A DNA stretch of 64,000 bases from Thermodesulfobacteriota bacterium (GCA_965216785.1 OZ244197.1:2944001-3008000); one strand, 5' to 3'. Shown: positions 1 to 10,461, numbered from the stretch's first letter. Program-made: numbers and translations. The notes: a model not told the origin generated them from the sequence alone.

Positions 1-539
1 TCCTTAAGAGCGCTTACGGCCTCGTTTAAATCGTCGTTATATATAATATAATCATAGTGTTCTGTCTCTTCCATCTCCTTTTTCGCAACAGAAAGGCGCT
101 TTTGTATTACCTTGCTCCCCTCACTGCCTCTAAGAGTAAGCCTTCTTTCAAGCTCCTCTATGCTTGATGGCGCCACAAAACAGAAAACCGCCTCAGAATA
201 TTTCCCCCTAATCTGCTTTGCCCCCTGTACATCTATATCGAGAATCAGGTCAACGCCGCATTTTTTCGCCATCTCGAATTGATCTAGAGGAGTACCGTAT
301 AAGTTGCCGTAAACATTTGCGTATTCAGCAAATTTGCCGTCCTTTGCCATATCATTAAATTCGGCCACCGAGATGAACCGATAGTCCTTGCCGTCCACTT
401 CCCCTTCGCGGGGCTCCCTTGTGGTACAAGAGACGGAGAACCTGAGGTTATCAAGATCCGCCATTACTCTTTTTGTAAGAGTCGTTTTCCCACCCCCTGA
501 CGGGCCTGAAATTATATAAATATTTCCCTCTCGCATCAT
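1..539 (-). CDS. gmk: Guanylate kinase (3' end runs off the window)
   Basis: Translated by hand from ATG at 539/536: MMREGNIYIISGPSGGGKTT...FSVSCTTREPREGEVDGKDY...YGNLYGT...LDIDVQGA. P-loop and GMK signatures present. Not in the ORF track because it is truncated. Confidence 0.93.
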   Translation of the reverse strand, partial: MMREGNIYIISGPSGGGKTTLTKRVMADLDNLRFSVSCTTREPREGEVDGKDYRFISVAEFNDMAKDGKFAEYANVYGNLYGTPLDQFEMAKKCGVDLILDIDVQGAKQIRGKYSEAVFCFVAPSSIEELERRLTLRGSEGSKVIQKRLSVAKKEMEETEHYDYIIYNDDLNEAVSALK

Positions 540-629
540 ATCAGCCTTTAATCCGGTTAAAAACTTTCCTTAGTTTATATGAATTCTAGGACAATTTTGA
601 GAATTTTCAATTAATAAGGGAGACTTGGA

Positions 630-1718
630 TTAATCACTCTTCCCTAATTTCCCGAGCTCTTCCACTATTTTTTTAACGTCCTGTGAGTCTTCTTTATTCA
701 ATACAAGCAAAGCGTCCTCGGTATCAACAACCACGAGGTCCGATACCCCGACAAGCGCCACTGTCCTGCCTCCACCGACGACCAAAGACGAGGAGGAATT
801 AATCGATACTGCAGGCCCCAGCACCTGCTTTTCGTCTCCGTCTCCAATTAAATATTCATAGAGCGCTTTCCAGCTCCCTACGTCGCTCCAGGGAAACTCT
901 ACCGGAATAACCAGAGTATTGCCCGAGCGCTCTAATATTAAATTATCTACTGAGCCGTTTTGTATATTCGAGTAAAAATCAGCGATAGATTTAGATTCTT
1001 CAGGCTTTCCCAAATTTTGAGACAAGGTATTAAAGTGTCTGTACCACTCCGGCAGGAATGAAGCAAAATCCCTCAATATGGACGAGGTCTTCCATATAAA
1101 CATACCGCTGTTCCAATAGTAATCGCCCTCGCTCAAAAACTCCTTTGCCCGATCATGATCTGGTTTCTCAGTGAATTTAATAGCCTTGTATGCCTTAAGC
1201 CCGTTTGATGATAGAACCTCATCGCGGCCTGCCTTTATATATCCATATCCCGTCTCGGGGGATGTGGGCTTTACACCCAAAGTAATCAGCGGCGCCTCAC
1301 CGTCTTCAAACTCGTGTCTTGAGGCTTCACAAGCAAACTCAAGCACCCCTCTGAATTCCTCTTCCTTACCTATGGCATGATCGGCAGGAAGCACAGCCAT
1401 AACCGACTCAGGATCTTCTGAGGCAATTCTGAGAGAACCGTAAGCTATGCACGGCGCCGTGTTCTTTCCCTCGGGCTCGAGGATAAGGTTTCCCGGAGGA
1501 AGCTCCGGTATATGTCTTAAAGTCTCCTCTGCATATGCCTTAACAGTAACGATAAACACCCTCTCGATAGGAATAAGCGGCACTATCCTGTCTACCGTTT
1601 GGCGAATGAGTGATTTATCACCCAGGAGTGAGAGAAACTGCTTTGGCTTATCTTTGGTGCTGAGAGGCCAGAACCTCTTCCCCTCGCCACCGGCCATAAT
1701 TAGCGCATATAAATTCAT
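630..1718 (-). CDS. manC: Mannose-1-phosphate guanylyltransferase
   Basis: MAGGEGKRFWPLS..KPKQFL, EPEGKNTAP, PETGYGYI, FTEKP, WNSGMF and WSDVGSW motifs. No C-terminal cupin PMI domain. Confidence 0.92.
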   Translation of the reverse strand: MNLYALIMAGGEGKRFWPLSTKDKPKQFLSLLGDKSLIRQTVDRIVPLIPIERVFIVTVKAYAEETLRHIPELPPGNLILEPEGKNTAPCIAYGSLRIASEDPESVMAVLPADHAIGKEEEFRGVLEFACEASRHEFEDGEAPLITLGVKPTSPETGYGYIKAGRDEVLSSNGLKAYKAIKFTEKPDHDRAKEFLSEGDYYWNSGMFIWKTSSILRDFASFLPEWYRHFNTLSQNLGKPEESKSIADFYSNIQNGSVDNLILERSGNTLVIPVEFPWSDVGSWKALYEYLIGDGDEKQVLGPAVSINSSSSLVVGGGRTVALVGVSDLVVVDTEDALLVLNKEDSQDVKKIVEELGKLGKSD

Positions 1719-1758
1719 AATTTAATAGTAATAGGACTTTAAATATATCTCAAATAGA

Positions 1759-2439
1759 TCAAAATAGCGCCTCTAGCTCATCCAGCCCGAGCTCTTCAAG
1801 GCTGTTTTTAATTAATTGAGCCTGAGAGAGCTTCTCCTCGGGGTAGGAGTTTGTTATAGCGAGACATTTCATGCCTGCCGCAATAGCGGCGTTAATACCC
1901 GCAAGTGAATCTTCAATCACAAGACAGTTTTCCGCGAAAATTGCTCCCGAATCGGGAAAGGCCAGATTAACCTGTGAGAGCGCTTCTATAAATACATCCG
2001 GTGCGGGTTTAGATCTCTCCACGTCCTCAGCGCTTACAATCACCTTAAAAAAGCTTTCCAGTCCCGCGTGTTTTAGAATTTGCCTTATCTCCCCCTCAAG
2101 TGCTCCGGAACCTATCGCGAGCGGGTACTTGCGAGCTACCTTCTTTATAAACTCCCCCGCACCGGGCAGCAGCTCAATATTCCCGCCTAACAGCTCATCG
2201 AAACTTACCGATTTAACTTTCATCATTTCGTCAATGTTAAGCTCTTTGGGCCCTATTTCCCTGTCTTTAAGCAGCTCGCGAAAGAAAGTCTTGTCATCAT
2301 AGGCGAGGTACTTAGAAAAATATTCCTCTTCCGTGATTTCCATGCCGTAGCCACCTAGAGTCACCTGAAACGCTTTTAGGTGCAGGGGCTCTGTATGAGC
2401 GATAATACCGTCGAAGTCAAATATAATTGCTTTTAACAT
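1759..2439 (-). CDS. HAD-family phosphatase (beta-PGM/CbbY-like)
   Basis: IIFDFDG motif I, KPAPD, and EDS..G..AA..AGM motifs. Confidence 0.88.
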   Translation of the reverse strand: MLKAIIFDFDGIIAHTEPLHLKAFQVTLGGYGMEITEEEYFSKYLAYDDKTFFRELLKDREIGPKELNIDEMMKVKSVSFDELLGGNIELLPGAGEFIKKVARKYPLAIGSGALEGEIRQILKHAGLESFFKVIVSAEDVERSKPAPDVFIEALSQVNLAFPDSGAIFAENCLVIEDSLAGINAAIAAGMKCLAITNSYPEEKLSQAQLIKNSLEELGLDELEALF

Positions 2440-2754
2440 TTCTATACTATTCCTAGAGCTTAAACTACCCTAAACACATTGGGTTAAACCTAAAATATTT
2501 ATCTTGTTAGAGGACTTAGCATACCATAATCAAGTAATTCAAGTAGATATATATGACTTTAGTGCTTACAAACCCAGCTAGAACCCGCCCTTAACTATTT
2601 ATCTGGTTTGACTAAACAGGTCTCATCTCATATCTTCATAGATATAAGGTTGAGGCTTAGCAATACTATGTAAATTATTAGTGTTTCGGTCATTTCCGAA
2701 ATTGACGCATCTTTTGAGATAAACAATCATCTAAATTTGGGTATGCATAACGTC

Positions 2755-3078
2755 ATGGATTCTACCAAATGCGCTAAGGTATTAAGAGCTCTCGGAGACG
2801 ATACACGGCTTAGAATTCTTGATTTTCTTTTTAGCGGAGAGTTTTCGGTCTCGGACATTTCAGAAGGCGTAGGAATAGAATACTCACAGGTATCACATCA
2901 CCTGAGCGTACTTCGAAACGCGGGGCTCGTATCAGACAGTAAAGAGGGTAAGTTCGTCATGTATAAATTGCACCCTGTTTTTTATGATGAGAATTCAGAT
3001 AAAAAGAATGTGCTCGACTTTGAGTGCTGCAGCATAAAATTCAACAATAAGGAATTTATCAAAGACAAAAACACTTAG
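2755..3078 (+). CDS. arsR: ArsR/SmtB-family transcriptional regulator
   Basis: LRALGDDTRLRIL...SQVSHHLSVLRNAGLV..KEGKFVMY winged HTH; C-terminal CC pair; directly upstream of arsM. Start could be 2743 or 2755. Confidence 0.85.
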   Translation: MDSTKCAKVLRALGDDTRLRILDFLFSGEFSVSDISEGVGIEYSQVSHHLSVLRNAGLVSDSKEGKFVMYKLHPVFYDENSDKKNVLDFECCSIKFNNKEFIKDKNT

Positions 3079-3143
3079 TTTTACTTTACATTCGGATATT
3101 AATACAAACATCGGAATGAGTTGTTTAAATATATTTCATTAGT

Positions 3144-3157
3144 AGCAATGTATTGCT
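3144..3157. promoter_or_regulatory. Candidate ArsR operator (palindrome AGCAAT-GT-ATTGCT)
   Basis: Near-perfect palindrome between arsR and arsM. A related TAGCAATACTATGTAA lies at about 2658 upstream of arsR. Function inferred. Confidence 0.3.
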
Positions 3158-3232
3158 TAACATTTATAAGTAGCACTGACTGTACACGAATAAAAATACG
3201 CTAAGCAATCACGAACAGGAGGCAGTAATTAA

Positions 3233-4207
3233 ATGCAGAAGAATGAAAGTACAAGAGAATTTGTAAAAGACTACTACGGTAAGGCCGCAAAGGAACCTAG
3301 AGACAACCTCTGCTGTCCTACGAGCTACCCTGAAGAAGATACAAGCCATATACCCTCTGAGGTCATAGAGCGTTTCTACGGGTGCGGAAGCCCGATGAGC
3401 ATTGCGGGGATAAGCCCCGGGGAAACAGTATTAGACCTTGGCTCAGGAGCGGGAATTGACTGCTTCATAGCGGCAAAGAAAACCGGGGCGGAGGGAGAAG
3501 TAATCGGAGTTGATATGACCGATGAAATGCTTAAAGTTGCAAATAGCTCAAAAACAAAAGTCGCGGGGAACCTCGGGTACGGTAACGTAGAATTCAGGAA
3601 AGGTTTTCTTGAAGAGATTCCAGTCGAAAACAAGTCTGTTGACCTCATTACTTCTAACTGCGTGATAAACCTATCGCCTGACAAAAGGAAAGTATTTTCC
3701 GAGATGAATAGAGCACTTAAGGACCACGGAAGGATTGTGGTGTCGGATATCGTTTCAGAGCGCGAAATACCAGAGAACCTAAGAACAAACGAGGAGCTTG
3801 TCGGCCAGTGCATTGCCGGAGCGCTAACAGAAACACAGTTCCTTTCCTACCTCGAGCAAACAGGGTTTTACGGGATTGAAGTACTGAGTAAAACCTATTG
3901 GAAGAGTGTAGAGAACTTGGACTTCTATTCAATATCAGTCAGGGGCTATAAATTTGAAAAAACAGCGGGTTGTATATTTGTTGGGCAGGAGGCAGTTTAC
4001 AAAGGCCCGTACAAATACATAATTGACGAAGAGGGCCATGTATTTCCCCGAAACCAGGCTGTGGAGGTATGCACAGATACGGCAAAGAAGCTCCAGGCGA
4101 AACCGTATACCGGCGCTTTCACTATAATAGAGCCGGCAGAAAACAGCGGCGCTTCGTTCTCCTGCACACCTAACAACAGCGCTAATGGTAACGGGAGCTG
4201 CTGTTAA
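3233..4207 (+). CDS. arsM: Arsenite S-adenosylmethionine methyltransferase
   Basis: LCCP, YGCGSP, VLDLGSGAGID (SAM binding), SNCVINL, GQCIAGA, and C-terminal GSCC. Confidence 0.85.
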   Translation: MQKNESTREFVKDYYGKAAKEPRDNLCCPTSYPEEDTSHIPSEVIERFYGCGSPMSIAGISPGETVLDLGSGAGIDCFIAAKKTGAEGEVIGVDMTDEMLKVANSSKTKVAGNLGYGNVEFRKGFLEEIPVENKSVDLITSNCVINLSPDKRKVFSEMNRALKDHGRIVVSDIVSEREIPENLRTNEELVGQCIAGALTETQFLSYLEQTGFYGIEVLSKTYWKSVENLDFYSISVRGYKFEKTAGCIFVGQEAVYKGPYKYIIDEEGHVFPRNQAVEVCTDTAKKLQAKPYTGAFTIIEPAENSGASFSCTPNNSANGNGSCC

Positions 4208-4236
4208 TCAGTCAATAATCTACAAGGGAGGGACAT

Positions 4237-4572
4237 ATGGATTATTACGATTCAAAAGACCTTAAACGCTTCTCAGAGGTAGGTAAATTCAGTGAAGAGC
4301 TTATGAAGAAGTTCTTCGATTACTATAATGCCGTTACGGGAGAAGACGGCGCGCTGACTAAAAGAGAGAAGTCTCTGATCGCTCTTGCCGTGTCGCACGC
4401 TAAGAAATGTCCTTATTGCATCGATGCCTATACCACCCAGTGTCTTGAGACTGGGGCCGATCCCGAGCAGATGACCGAAGCTGTTCATGTTGCAGCCTCA
4501 CTTGAGGCGGGCATCACTCTCATACACGGCATTCAGATGCATAACACGCTGGAAAAAAACGGAGCGCTCTAA
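4237..4572 (+). CDS. Arsenosugar-associated peroxidase-like protein (AhpD/CMD family)
   Basis: GALTKREKSLIALAV...CPYCIDAY, the AhpD CxxC signature; lies between arsM and arsS. Confidence 0.85.
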   Translation: MDYYDSKDLKRFSEVGKFSEELMKKFFDYYNAVTGEDGALTKREKSLIALAVSHAKKCPYCIDAYTTQCLETGADPEQMTEAVHVAASLEAGITLIHGIQMHNTLEKNGAL

Positions 4573-4638
4573 ATCTTCGTATATAGGTTAAAAAAGCAGT
4601 ATCGGTAAAGAGACCGCTATATTCAAGGAGTATTAATA

Positions 4639-5676
4639 ATGGCTCAAGTTACAGTGCTAAAAAGAGACTACGATAGCTACGAGAAGGATAACGACAACCG
4701 CTACGATTTCCACGAAGCGCTCAGGAATAACGGAATAGAGCTAACACCCACCGAGATCGAGACTCTACAGATAAATATCACTAAACTCTGCAATCAGACA
4801 TGTCTTCATTGCCATGTTGACTCATCGCCTAAGAGAACAGAGCAAATGGACCTACCCACGGTGGATCGCTGTCTGCAGATACTGGCCCGCCACGAGTCTA
4901 TAAAGAACCTCGACATTACAGGGGGCGCTCCGGAACTAAACCCCCATTTTGATTACATGGTAAAAAGCGCGCGTGAGTTAGGTAAGCACGTAATGGTAAG
5001 ACATAACCTCACGGTTACGATTGACGGACACCCCGTCACCGGGGAGAGTAAATGCTATCTACCCAAGTTCTATGCAGCTCAAGGAGTCGAAGTAATATCA
5101 TCACTCCCCTATTACCAGGAATACTTCACCGATAAGCAGCGCGGAAAGGGAGTTTTTGAAAAGAGCATAGAGTCCATACGAATGCTTAACAATTTAGGTT
5201 ACGGGAAAAAAGATACAGGGCTTGAGCTTAATTTCGTCTATAACCCCGTAGGCGCTTTTCTGCCCGCGTCGCAAGAGACGCTCGAGGCTGATTTTAAGCG
5301 CGAGCTCTCAAAAAAATTCGGAATCGTATTCAATAAGCTTTTCACGATAACTAACATGCCGATTAACCGTTTTAAGGATCAGCTCAAACGCCTTGGCGCT
5401 TATGAAGAATATATGGAGAAGCTCGTAAACGCATTTAATCCTAGCGCGGCTGAGGGCGTTATGTGCCGCTCGCTAATAAGTATTAGCCACGACGGCAGGG
5501 TATATGACTGTGATTTCAATCAGATGATGGATCTTCAGATCCACTCAAACCATAAGCCGCTTTCCGTCTTTGATTTTGACTACGAAGAGCTCACCCGGAG
5601 AAGAATCATCTTCGGCTCTCACTGTTTCGGCTGCACGGCAGGCACCGGAAGCAGCTGCGGCGGCTCGACCGCTTAG
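4639..5676 (+). CDS. arsS: Arsenosugar biosynthesis radical SAM protein
   Basis: CNQTCLHCH (CxxxCxxC), DITGGAPELNP, MCR..IS...G..YDCDFNQM, and C-terminal HCFGCTAGTGSSCGG (DUF3641-type). Confidence 0.88.
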   Translation: MAQVTVLKRDYDSYEKDNDNRYDFHEALRNNGIELTPTEIETLQINITKLCNQTCLHCHVDSSPKRTEQMDLPTVDRCLQILARHESIKNLDITGGAPELNPHFDYMVKSARELGKHVMVRHNLTVTIDGHPVTGESKCYLPKFYAAQGVEVISSLPYYQEYFTDKQRGKGVFEKSIESIRMLNNLGYGKKDTGLELNFVYNPVGAFLPASQETLEADFKRELSKKFGIVFNKLFTITNMPINRFKDQLKRLGAYEEYMEKLVNAFNPSAAEGVMCRSLISISHDGRVYDCDFNQMMDLQIHSNHKPLSVFDFDYEELTRRRIIFGSHCFGCTAGTGSSCGGSTA

Positions 5677-5717
5677 GGCAATATTCCCCGTATTGTATAA
5701 TACAAACTCACCCGATT

Positions 5718-6374
5718 ATGCCAGATAAAGCAGAAAATAATACGCTTATAATCTTCGCTAAGCTTCCCGAACCCGGAAAGGTTAAGACCCGCTTAGCCCG
5801 GGACTTGGGTGATGAGAAAGCGGCTGAGGTATATTCTGATATAGCAAGGGATATCGTTTCACGCGTCTCAAATTCCTCAATATATGAAACAGTAATATTT
5901 TACGACCCGCCCGAGAAGAAGAAGGAAATTACCCATTGGCTCAAAGACTGCGCGAATACGGATAGCGAGCACCTGCTGCCCCAGAGAGGGGGTAAGCTAG
6001 GGGATAGGATATCGGGGGCATTCGAAAGGATTTTCTCCTTGGAGAATAAGAGAGCGGTTATCATCGGTACAGACTGTACCGATGTAAGCGCCCATATGAT
6101 TGAAGAAACATTTTTAGATCTCAAAAATTTTGACGCAGTGCTTGGCCCCGCAAAGGACGGTGGGTATTATTTGCTCGGGCTTAATCAATTTGTTCCGGAG
6201 CTATTTAAAGATATAGACTGGAGCACCGATCTTGTACTCGGACAAACGCTCTCACGTCTTGATAGGTTAGGCTATAATTATAAACTGCTTGAAACTTTAA
6301 GGGATATAGACAATCTAAATGACTTAAATAGCCTCTCTTATGATTTCAAACGCAGAAAAGATAAATCCTTTTGA
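5718..6374 (+). CDS. TIGR04282/DUF2064-family glycosyltransferase-like protein (arsenosugar-associated)
   Basis: IFAKLPEPGKVKTRLA, Q.G..LG.RI, IIGTDC, LGPAKDGGYYLLG, IDWST and DID motifs. Confidence 0.87.
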   Translation: MPDKAENNTLIIFAKLPEPGKVKTRLARDLGDEKAAEVYSDIARDIVSRVSNSSIYETVIFYDPPEKKKEITHWLKDCANTDSEHLLPQRGGKLGDRISGAFERIFSLENKRAVIIGTDCTDVSAHMIEETFLDLKNFDAVLGPAKDGGYYLLGLNQFVPELFKDIDWSTDLVLGQTLSRLDRLGYNYKLLETLRDIDNLNDLNSLSYDFKRRKDKSF

Positions 6375-6452
6375 CGGGTACAGTTCGCTTATCTGAAAAA
6401 ATATGTCTATTATCAGCGAAATTCACAGTTAATATTATTAGACGGAGGAGAT

Positions 6453-6971
6453 ATGAGAACTAGTATATCGATAATCGCAATCCTTATGATCTTCACTCTA
6501 ATCACTGGTGTAGCAGCAATAGAGAGCACGCGCGCCGCAAGTGATCTGCCAGAGGCTAAAAAATTCACGCTCGGCACCCTTGACGGGAAAACACAAGTAT
6601 CGCTCGAAGATTACGCCGGTAAAGCGGTAGTGATAAATTTCTGGGCTACATGGTGCGGGCCCTGCAGAGAGGAAATGCCTCTTCTTCAAAGTGAATGGGA
6701 AAAATTTCAAAATGAAGATATCGAATTCATTGGTATTGACGTGATGGACGACAAGAACCTCGCGGCGGCTCTAATTAAAGAGATGGGAATAACTTACACA
6801 AACTTGCACGACGCTAGCGGTAAGACCTCAAACGAATATGGAGTAATAGCTCTTCCCGCAACATTTTTCATAAATAAAGAAGGCTTTATCGCAATAAAGA
6901 ATTACGGCCCTTTCTTGGGAAAAGAAGGCGAAAAGAAATTCAGGCTCTATGTCGAGGAGATTAGTGAATGA
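6453..6971 (+). CDS. TlpA/ResA-family exported thioredoxin
   Basis: Signal anchor, INFWATWCGPC, and LPATFFI. Confidence 0.88.
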   Translation: MRTSISIIAILMIFTLITGVAAIESTRAASDLPEAKKFTLGTLDGKTQVSLEDYAGKAVVINFWATWCGPCREEMPLLQSEWEKFQNEDIEFIGIDVMDDKNLAAALIKEMGITYTNLHDASGKTSNEYGVIALPATFFINKEGFIAIKNYGPFLGKEGEKKFRLYVEEISE

Positions 6972-7723
6972 ACCCCGCTGAGCTGCAAGTTAGCTGGGTA
7001 CTCGCATTTCTCGCAGGTGTAGTGTCCTTCCTCTCACCCTGCGTCCTTCCCCTGATACCAGGTTACGTCTCCCTTGTATCAAAGATGTCCTTTGAAGAGC
7101 TTACCGACGGTGAGACACAGGGTAAGGTAAATAAAATTTTCATACCGAGCCTCCTGTTTGTAATGGGTTTTGCTTTTGTATTTGTTACCCTCGGCGCATC
7201 TGCCTCATTCATAGGCACCTTCATTCAGGAAAACAAAGTGCTCCTGCTGAAGATCTCAGGAGTGATAATAATCTTATTCGGCCTATTCACTATGGATATT
7301 ATAAAAATTCCCCAGCTCTACAGAGAGAGACGGCTCAATGTACCTCAGGGCAACATGGGACTAGTGGGGATATTTCTTTTAGGTATTGCGTTTGGATTCG
7401 GATGGACACCTTGCGTGGGACCGATACTCGCCTCCATACTCCTGTACGCGAGCACCGCGGAAGGCGCGGGGAAAGGGGCTCTGCTCCTTTTAGTATATTC
7501 GCTTGGGCTCGGGCTCCCGTTTTTACTTACGGGCCTTGCCCTATCAAAAGCGCTTAGCGCGTTCGGATGGATAAAACGTCACTACGCGCTCTACAAGATA
7601 ATAGTAGGCGGTACACTGATCGCCGTTGGGATTCTCATGCTCTCAAATAACCTTTTCTATCTGAATATCTACGGCCAAAAAGCTCTTGACTGGGCCGGAA
7701 TTGACTTCTGGAAGACCTTCTGA
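6968..7723 (+). CDS. ccdA: Cytochrome c biogenesis/disulfide transmembrane protein CcdA
   Basis: SFLSPCVLPLIPGY and GWTPCVGPIL; multiple TM helices; ATGA overlap with the TlpA gene. Confidence 0.9.
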   Translation: MNPAELQVSWVLAFLAGVVSFLSPCVLPLIPGYVSLVSKMSFEELTDGETQGKVNKIFIPSLLFVMGFAFVFVTLGASASFIGTFIQENKVLLLKISGVIIILFGLFTMDIIKIPQLYRERRLNVPQGNMGLVGIFLLGIAFGFGWTPCVGPILASILLYASTAEGAGKGALLLLVYSLGLGLPFLLTGLALSKALSAFGWIKRHYALYKIIVGGTLIAVGILMLSNNLFYLNIYGQKALDWAGIDFWKTF

Positions 7724-7817
7724 CTAAGGGTATAATTTCCCGCAGGCTTTCATATCCTCCCAGATCCTCTTGAAACACATTCCCAAAAGCTGATATCATT
7801 GAACATAGCTCACGCAT

Positions 7818-8528
7818 ATGCCGAAAATACCACTCACACAAAATGAGGTTCATATATGGAAACTCCACTTTTCCAAAGCGAGTCATGATCCTGAGGAATT
7901 TTACAGAGATTTTCTATCGCAAGATGAAAAAGAAAGGGCCGATAGGCTCAAGTTTCAGACAGACCGAAATAACTTTCTCCTGTCGCGAGGACATTTGAGA
8001 AGTTTGCTCAGCGCCTATCTGGGCAGGGAGCCTCAAGATATTGAGCTTCGCTATGGAAGTTACGGGAAACCGTATCTGAGTAAAGACTCCAACCCCGATA
8101 ATATTAGTTTTAATCTTTCACACTCACGCGGGGCATCGTACTACGCTCTGACAAAAGATAGGGAAATAGGGATAGATATAGAGTACTTAAGGCCTGTTAG
8201 TAGAGCACAGAAGATAATAGAGCGGTTTTTTTCCGAGGAAGAAAGAGCGCACTACCGAAATCAGCCGTCGGGGAAGAAATTGGAAACGTTCTTTATGCTC
8301 TGGTGCAGAAGAGAGGCTTACACTAAAGCCTTAGGTACAGGTTTCAACCTGCCTGAGAGTAAGATCGATATATCTTTTGTAACAGGCGAAAAGAAAAATA
8401 ATATAGATTTAAGAAAAAAAGACGCCCCAGCTCTAAGTATGATAGAAATAACGGCTGAGCAGGGATACGCCGCCTCTCTTGCAGTCTTTGGGATCGATGC
8501 CGAGATTTCATACCGTGATATAGACTGA
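7818..8528 (+). CDS. Sfp-type 4'-phosphopantetheinyl transferase
   Basis: YGKP, FNLSHS, IGIDIE, and W..REAY.KALGTG. Confidence 0.88.
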   Translation: MPKIPLTQNEVHIWKLHFSKASHDPEEFYRDFLSQDEKERADRLKFQTDRNNFLLSRGHLRSLLSAYLGREPQDIELRYGSYGKPYLSKDSNPDNISFNLSHSRGASYYALTKDREIGIDIEYLRPVSRAQKIIERFFSEEERAHYRNQPSGKKLETFFMLWCRREAYTKALGTGFNLPESKIDISFVTGEKKNNIDLRKKDAPALSMIEITAEQGYAASLAVFGIDAEISYRDID

Positions 8529-8639
8529 ACGGGAACGTTGATATTTAAGCTATTCTTCACACACTGGCAGCTTTCCGTTATACTATTAAACCTTTAACTA
8601 ACTCGCGGGCATTTAAAAATAAATCGGGGCCTTCGCTCA

Positions 8640-8667
8640 TTGACTAGTCATTATATGATTTTATACT
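8640..8667 (+). promoter_or_regulatory. Sigma-70-type promoter with palindrome TGACTAGTCA over the -35
   Basis: TTGACT-16 nt-TATACT upstream of the zinc-ribbon/malic enzyme genes; perfect 10-bp palindrome at 8641-8650. Confidence 0.45.
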
Positions 8668-8773
8668 AGTTGCCAAGCACTAACGCAAAGTCTCGAGATT
8701 TTAAATTGCGAGAAAGCTAATATAGCTAGAAAGTAAATTTTGCAAGAATGTATGATTTGGAGGTCACCTCAGC

Positions 8774-8998
8774 GTGCCATTATTTGAATACAAGTGTAAG
8801 GACTGTGAACAGCAGTTCGAGACGCTAGTCCTCAACCCCGAAGATACCGTTACGTGCACGACATGTGACGGATCAAACCTTGAGAAGCAATTCTCCCCAT
8901 TCGGAATCAAGTCTGAAGACTCCCCGGATTCTTTTGACTCTCCCGGTGCCGGTTGTGGATGTACCCCGGTTAGCTGTGGATGCGGTGTGGGACACTAG
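8774..8998 (+). CDS. FmdB-family zinc-ribbon protein
   Basis: MPLFEYKCKDC..FE...CTTC...LEKQFS with Cys-rich tail; GTG start after GGAGG. Confidence 0.82.
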   Translation: MPLFEYKCKDCEQQFETLVLNPEDTVTCTTCDGSNLEKQFSPFGIKSEDSPDSFDSPGAGCGCTPVSCGCGVGH

Positions 8999-9067
8999 AC
9001 ACACAGGTTCTGAATGAACATCACGAATCCAATTAGTATTAGAGAAAAAACGGAGGATTGTAATTGA

Positions 9068-10378
9068 ATGTCAAAATCGGCTGATAAAGATAATGATATG
9101 AAAAAGGCCGCCCTTGAATACCACAGCATCGGTAGAAAGGGAAAAATTGAGGTAGTTCCGACTAAGCCCTGTCTTACTCAATGGGACCTTTCTCTAGCTT
9201 ATTCTCCCGGCGTGGCTGAGCCCTGTAATGAGATAGAGGATAACCCTGACCTCGCATATGAATATACCAACAAAGGTAACCTTGTTGGCGTGATTTCAAA
9301 CGGTACGGCTGTATTGGGGCTTGGAAATATAGGAGCCCTCGCGGGAAAGCCTGTAATGGAAGGAAAGAGCGTTCTCTTTAAGAGGTTTGCGGGTATAGAC
9401 GCTTTTGACATTGAGATCAATACAACCGATCCGGACGAGGTAATAAAAACCGTAAAGTACCTGGAGCCAACGTTCGGAGGGATTAATCTTGAAGACATTA
9501 AAGCCCCCGAGTGTTTTTATATTGAGGAAGAGCTAAAGAAACAAACGGATATACCTGTATTTCACGACGACCAGCACGGAACTGCGATAATCTCGGGAGC
9601 TGGCCTCCTGAACGCATGCGAGCTTGTCGGCAAAGACATAAGCGAGCTCACGATGGCGTTTAACGGAGCCGGGGCTTCGGCGATTGCGTGCGCCGAGTTT
9701 TTCATCAGCCTAGGAGCTAAGAGAGAAAACATAATTATGTGCGACAGCCGCGGGGTGATTTATAAAGGCAGAAAAGAGAATATGAACCCGCAAAAACAAA
9801 GGTTTGCTGTCAAGACAAAAGCAAGAACACTTAAAGACGCAATAAAAGGCGCAGACGCGTTCGTAGGGCTCTCAAACGGCGGAGCCGTGACAAAGGGCAT
9901 GGTCAAGAGTATGGCAAAGAAACCTATAATATTTGCTATGGCTAACCCCGATCCCGAAATCTCCTACCCTGACGCCGTAGCAGCCCGAAAAGACGTAATA
10001 ATGGCAACCGGGCGCTCAGACTACCCAAATCAGGTAAACAACGTGCTTGGTTTCCCGTTTATTTTCAGAGGGGCGCTAGACGTAAGAGCAAAGGCCATTA
10101 ACGAGGAAATGAAGGTCGCCGCGGCTTACGCTCTTGCGGACCTTGCCAAGACTGGAGCCGACGAGGAAGTTGCCAGAGCATACGGCGAAAAAAGCTTTGA
10201 GTTCGGACCTGAGTTTATAGTACCCAAACCCTTTGACCCAAGAGTGCTCGTATATGAATCCGTTGCGGTAGCGGAAGCGGCCATGCAGACCGGCGTTTCT
10301 AGAATTAAAATCAACATCGAAGACTACAGATCTAAACTTGAAAGAAAGGTAGATGAAAAGCTAAAGCGTTGGGGCTGA
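9068..10378 (+). CDS. NAD(P)-dependent malic enzyme (no PTA domain)
   Basis: [63 protein letters not shown]. Confidence 0.93.
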   Translation: MSKSADKDNDMKKAALEYHSIGRKGKIEVVPTKPCLTQWDLSLAYSPGVAEPCNEIEDNPDLAYEYTNKGNLVGVISNGTAVLGLGNIGALAGKPVMEGKSVLFKRFAGIDAFDIEINTTDPDEVIKTVKYLEPTFGGINLEDIKAPECFYIEEELKKQTDIPVFHDDQHGTAIISGAGLLNACELVGKDISELTMAFNGAGASAIACAEFFISLGAKRENIIMCDSRGVIYKGRKENMNPQKQRFAVKTKARTLKDAIKGADAFVGLSNGGAVTKGMVKSMAKKPIIFAMANPDPEISYPDAVAARKDVIMATGRSDYPNQVNNVLGFPFIFRGALDVRAKAINEEMKVAAAYALADLAKTGADEEVARAYGEKSFEFGPEFIVPKPFDPRVLVYESVAVAEAAMQTGVSRIKINIEDYRSKLERKVDEKLKRWG

Positions 10379-10461
10379 TGCCAAGCTCTAGCAAGTTGAA
10401 TTTAGCTTTCCATCTTTCATATTAAGACTTAATCATACATCCGTAATTCTTAGCCAAGACA

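Noticed and set aside
4639-5676. Selenocysteine recoding in ArsS or neighbouring genes
   Set aside because: The family includes selenoproteins, but here the C-terminal motif uses Cys codons, and arsM, the AhpD-like gene and arsS end in TAA/TAG.
8670-8760. c-di-GMP (GEMM) riboswitch suggested by ACGCAAAG
   Set aside because: The preceding GGCAAAC/GAAA stem and the second hairpin are not recognisable.
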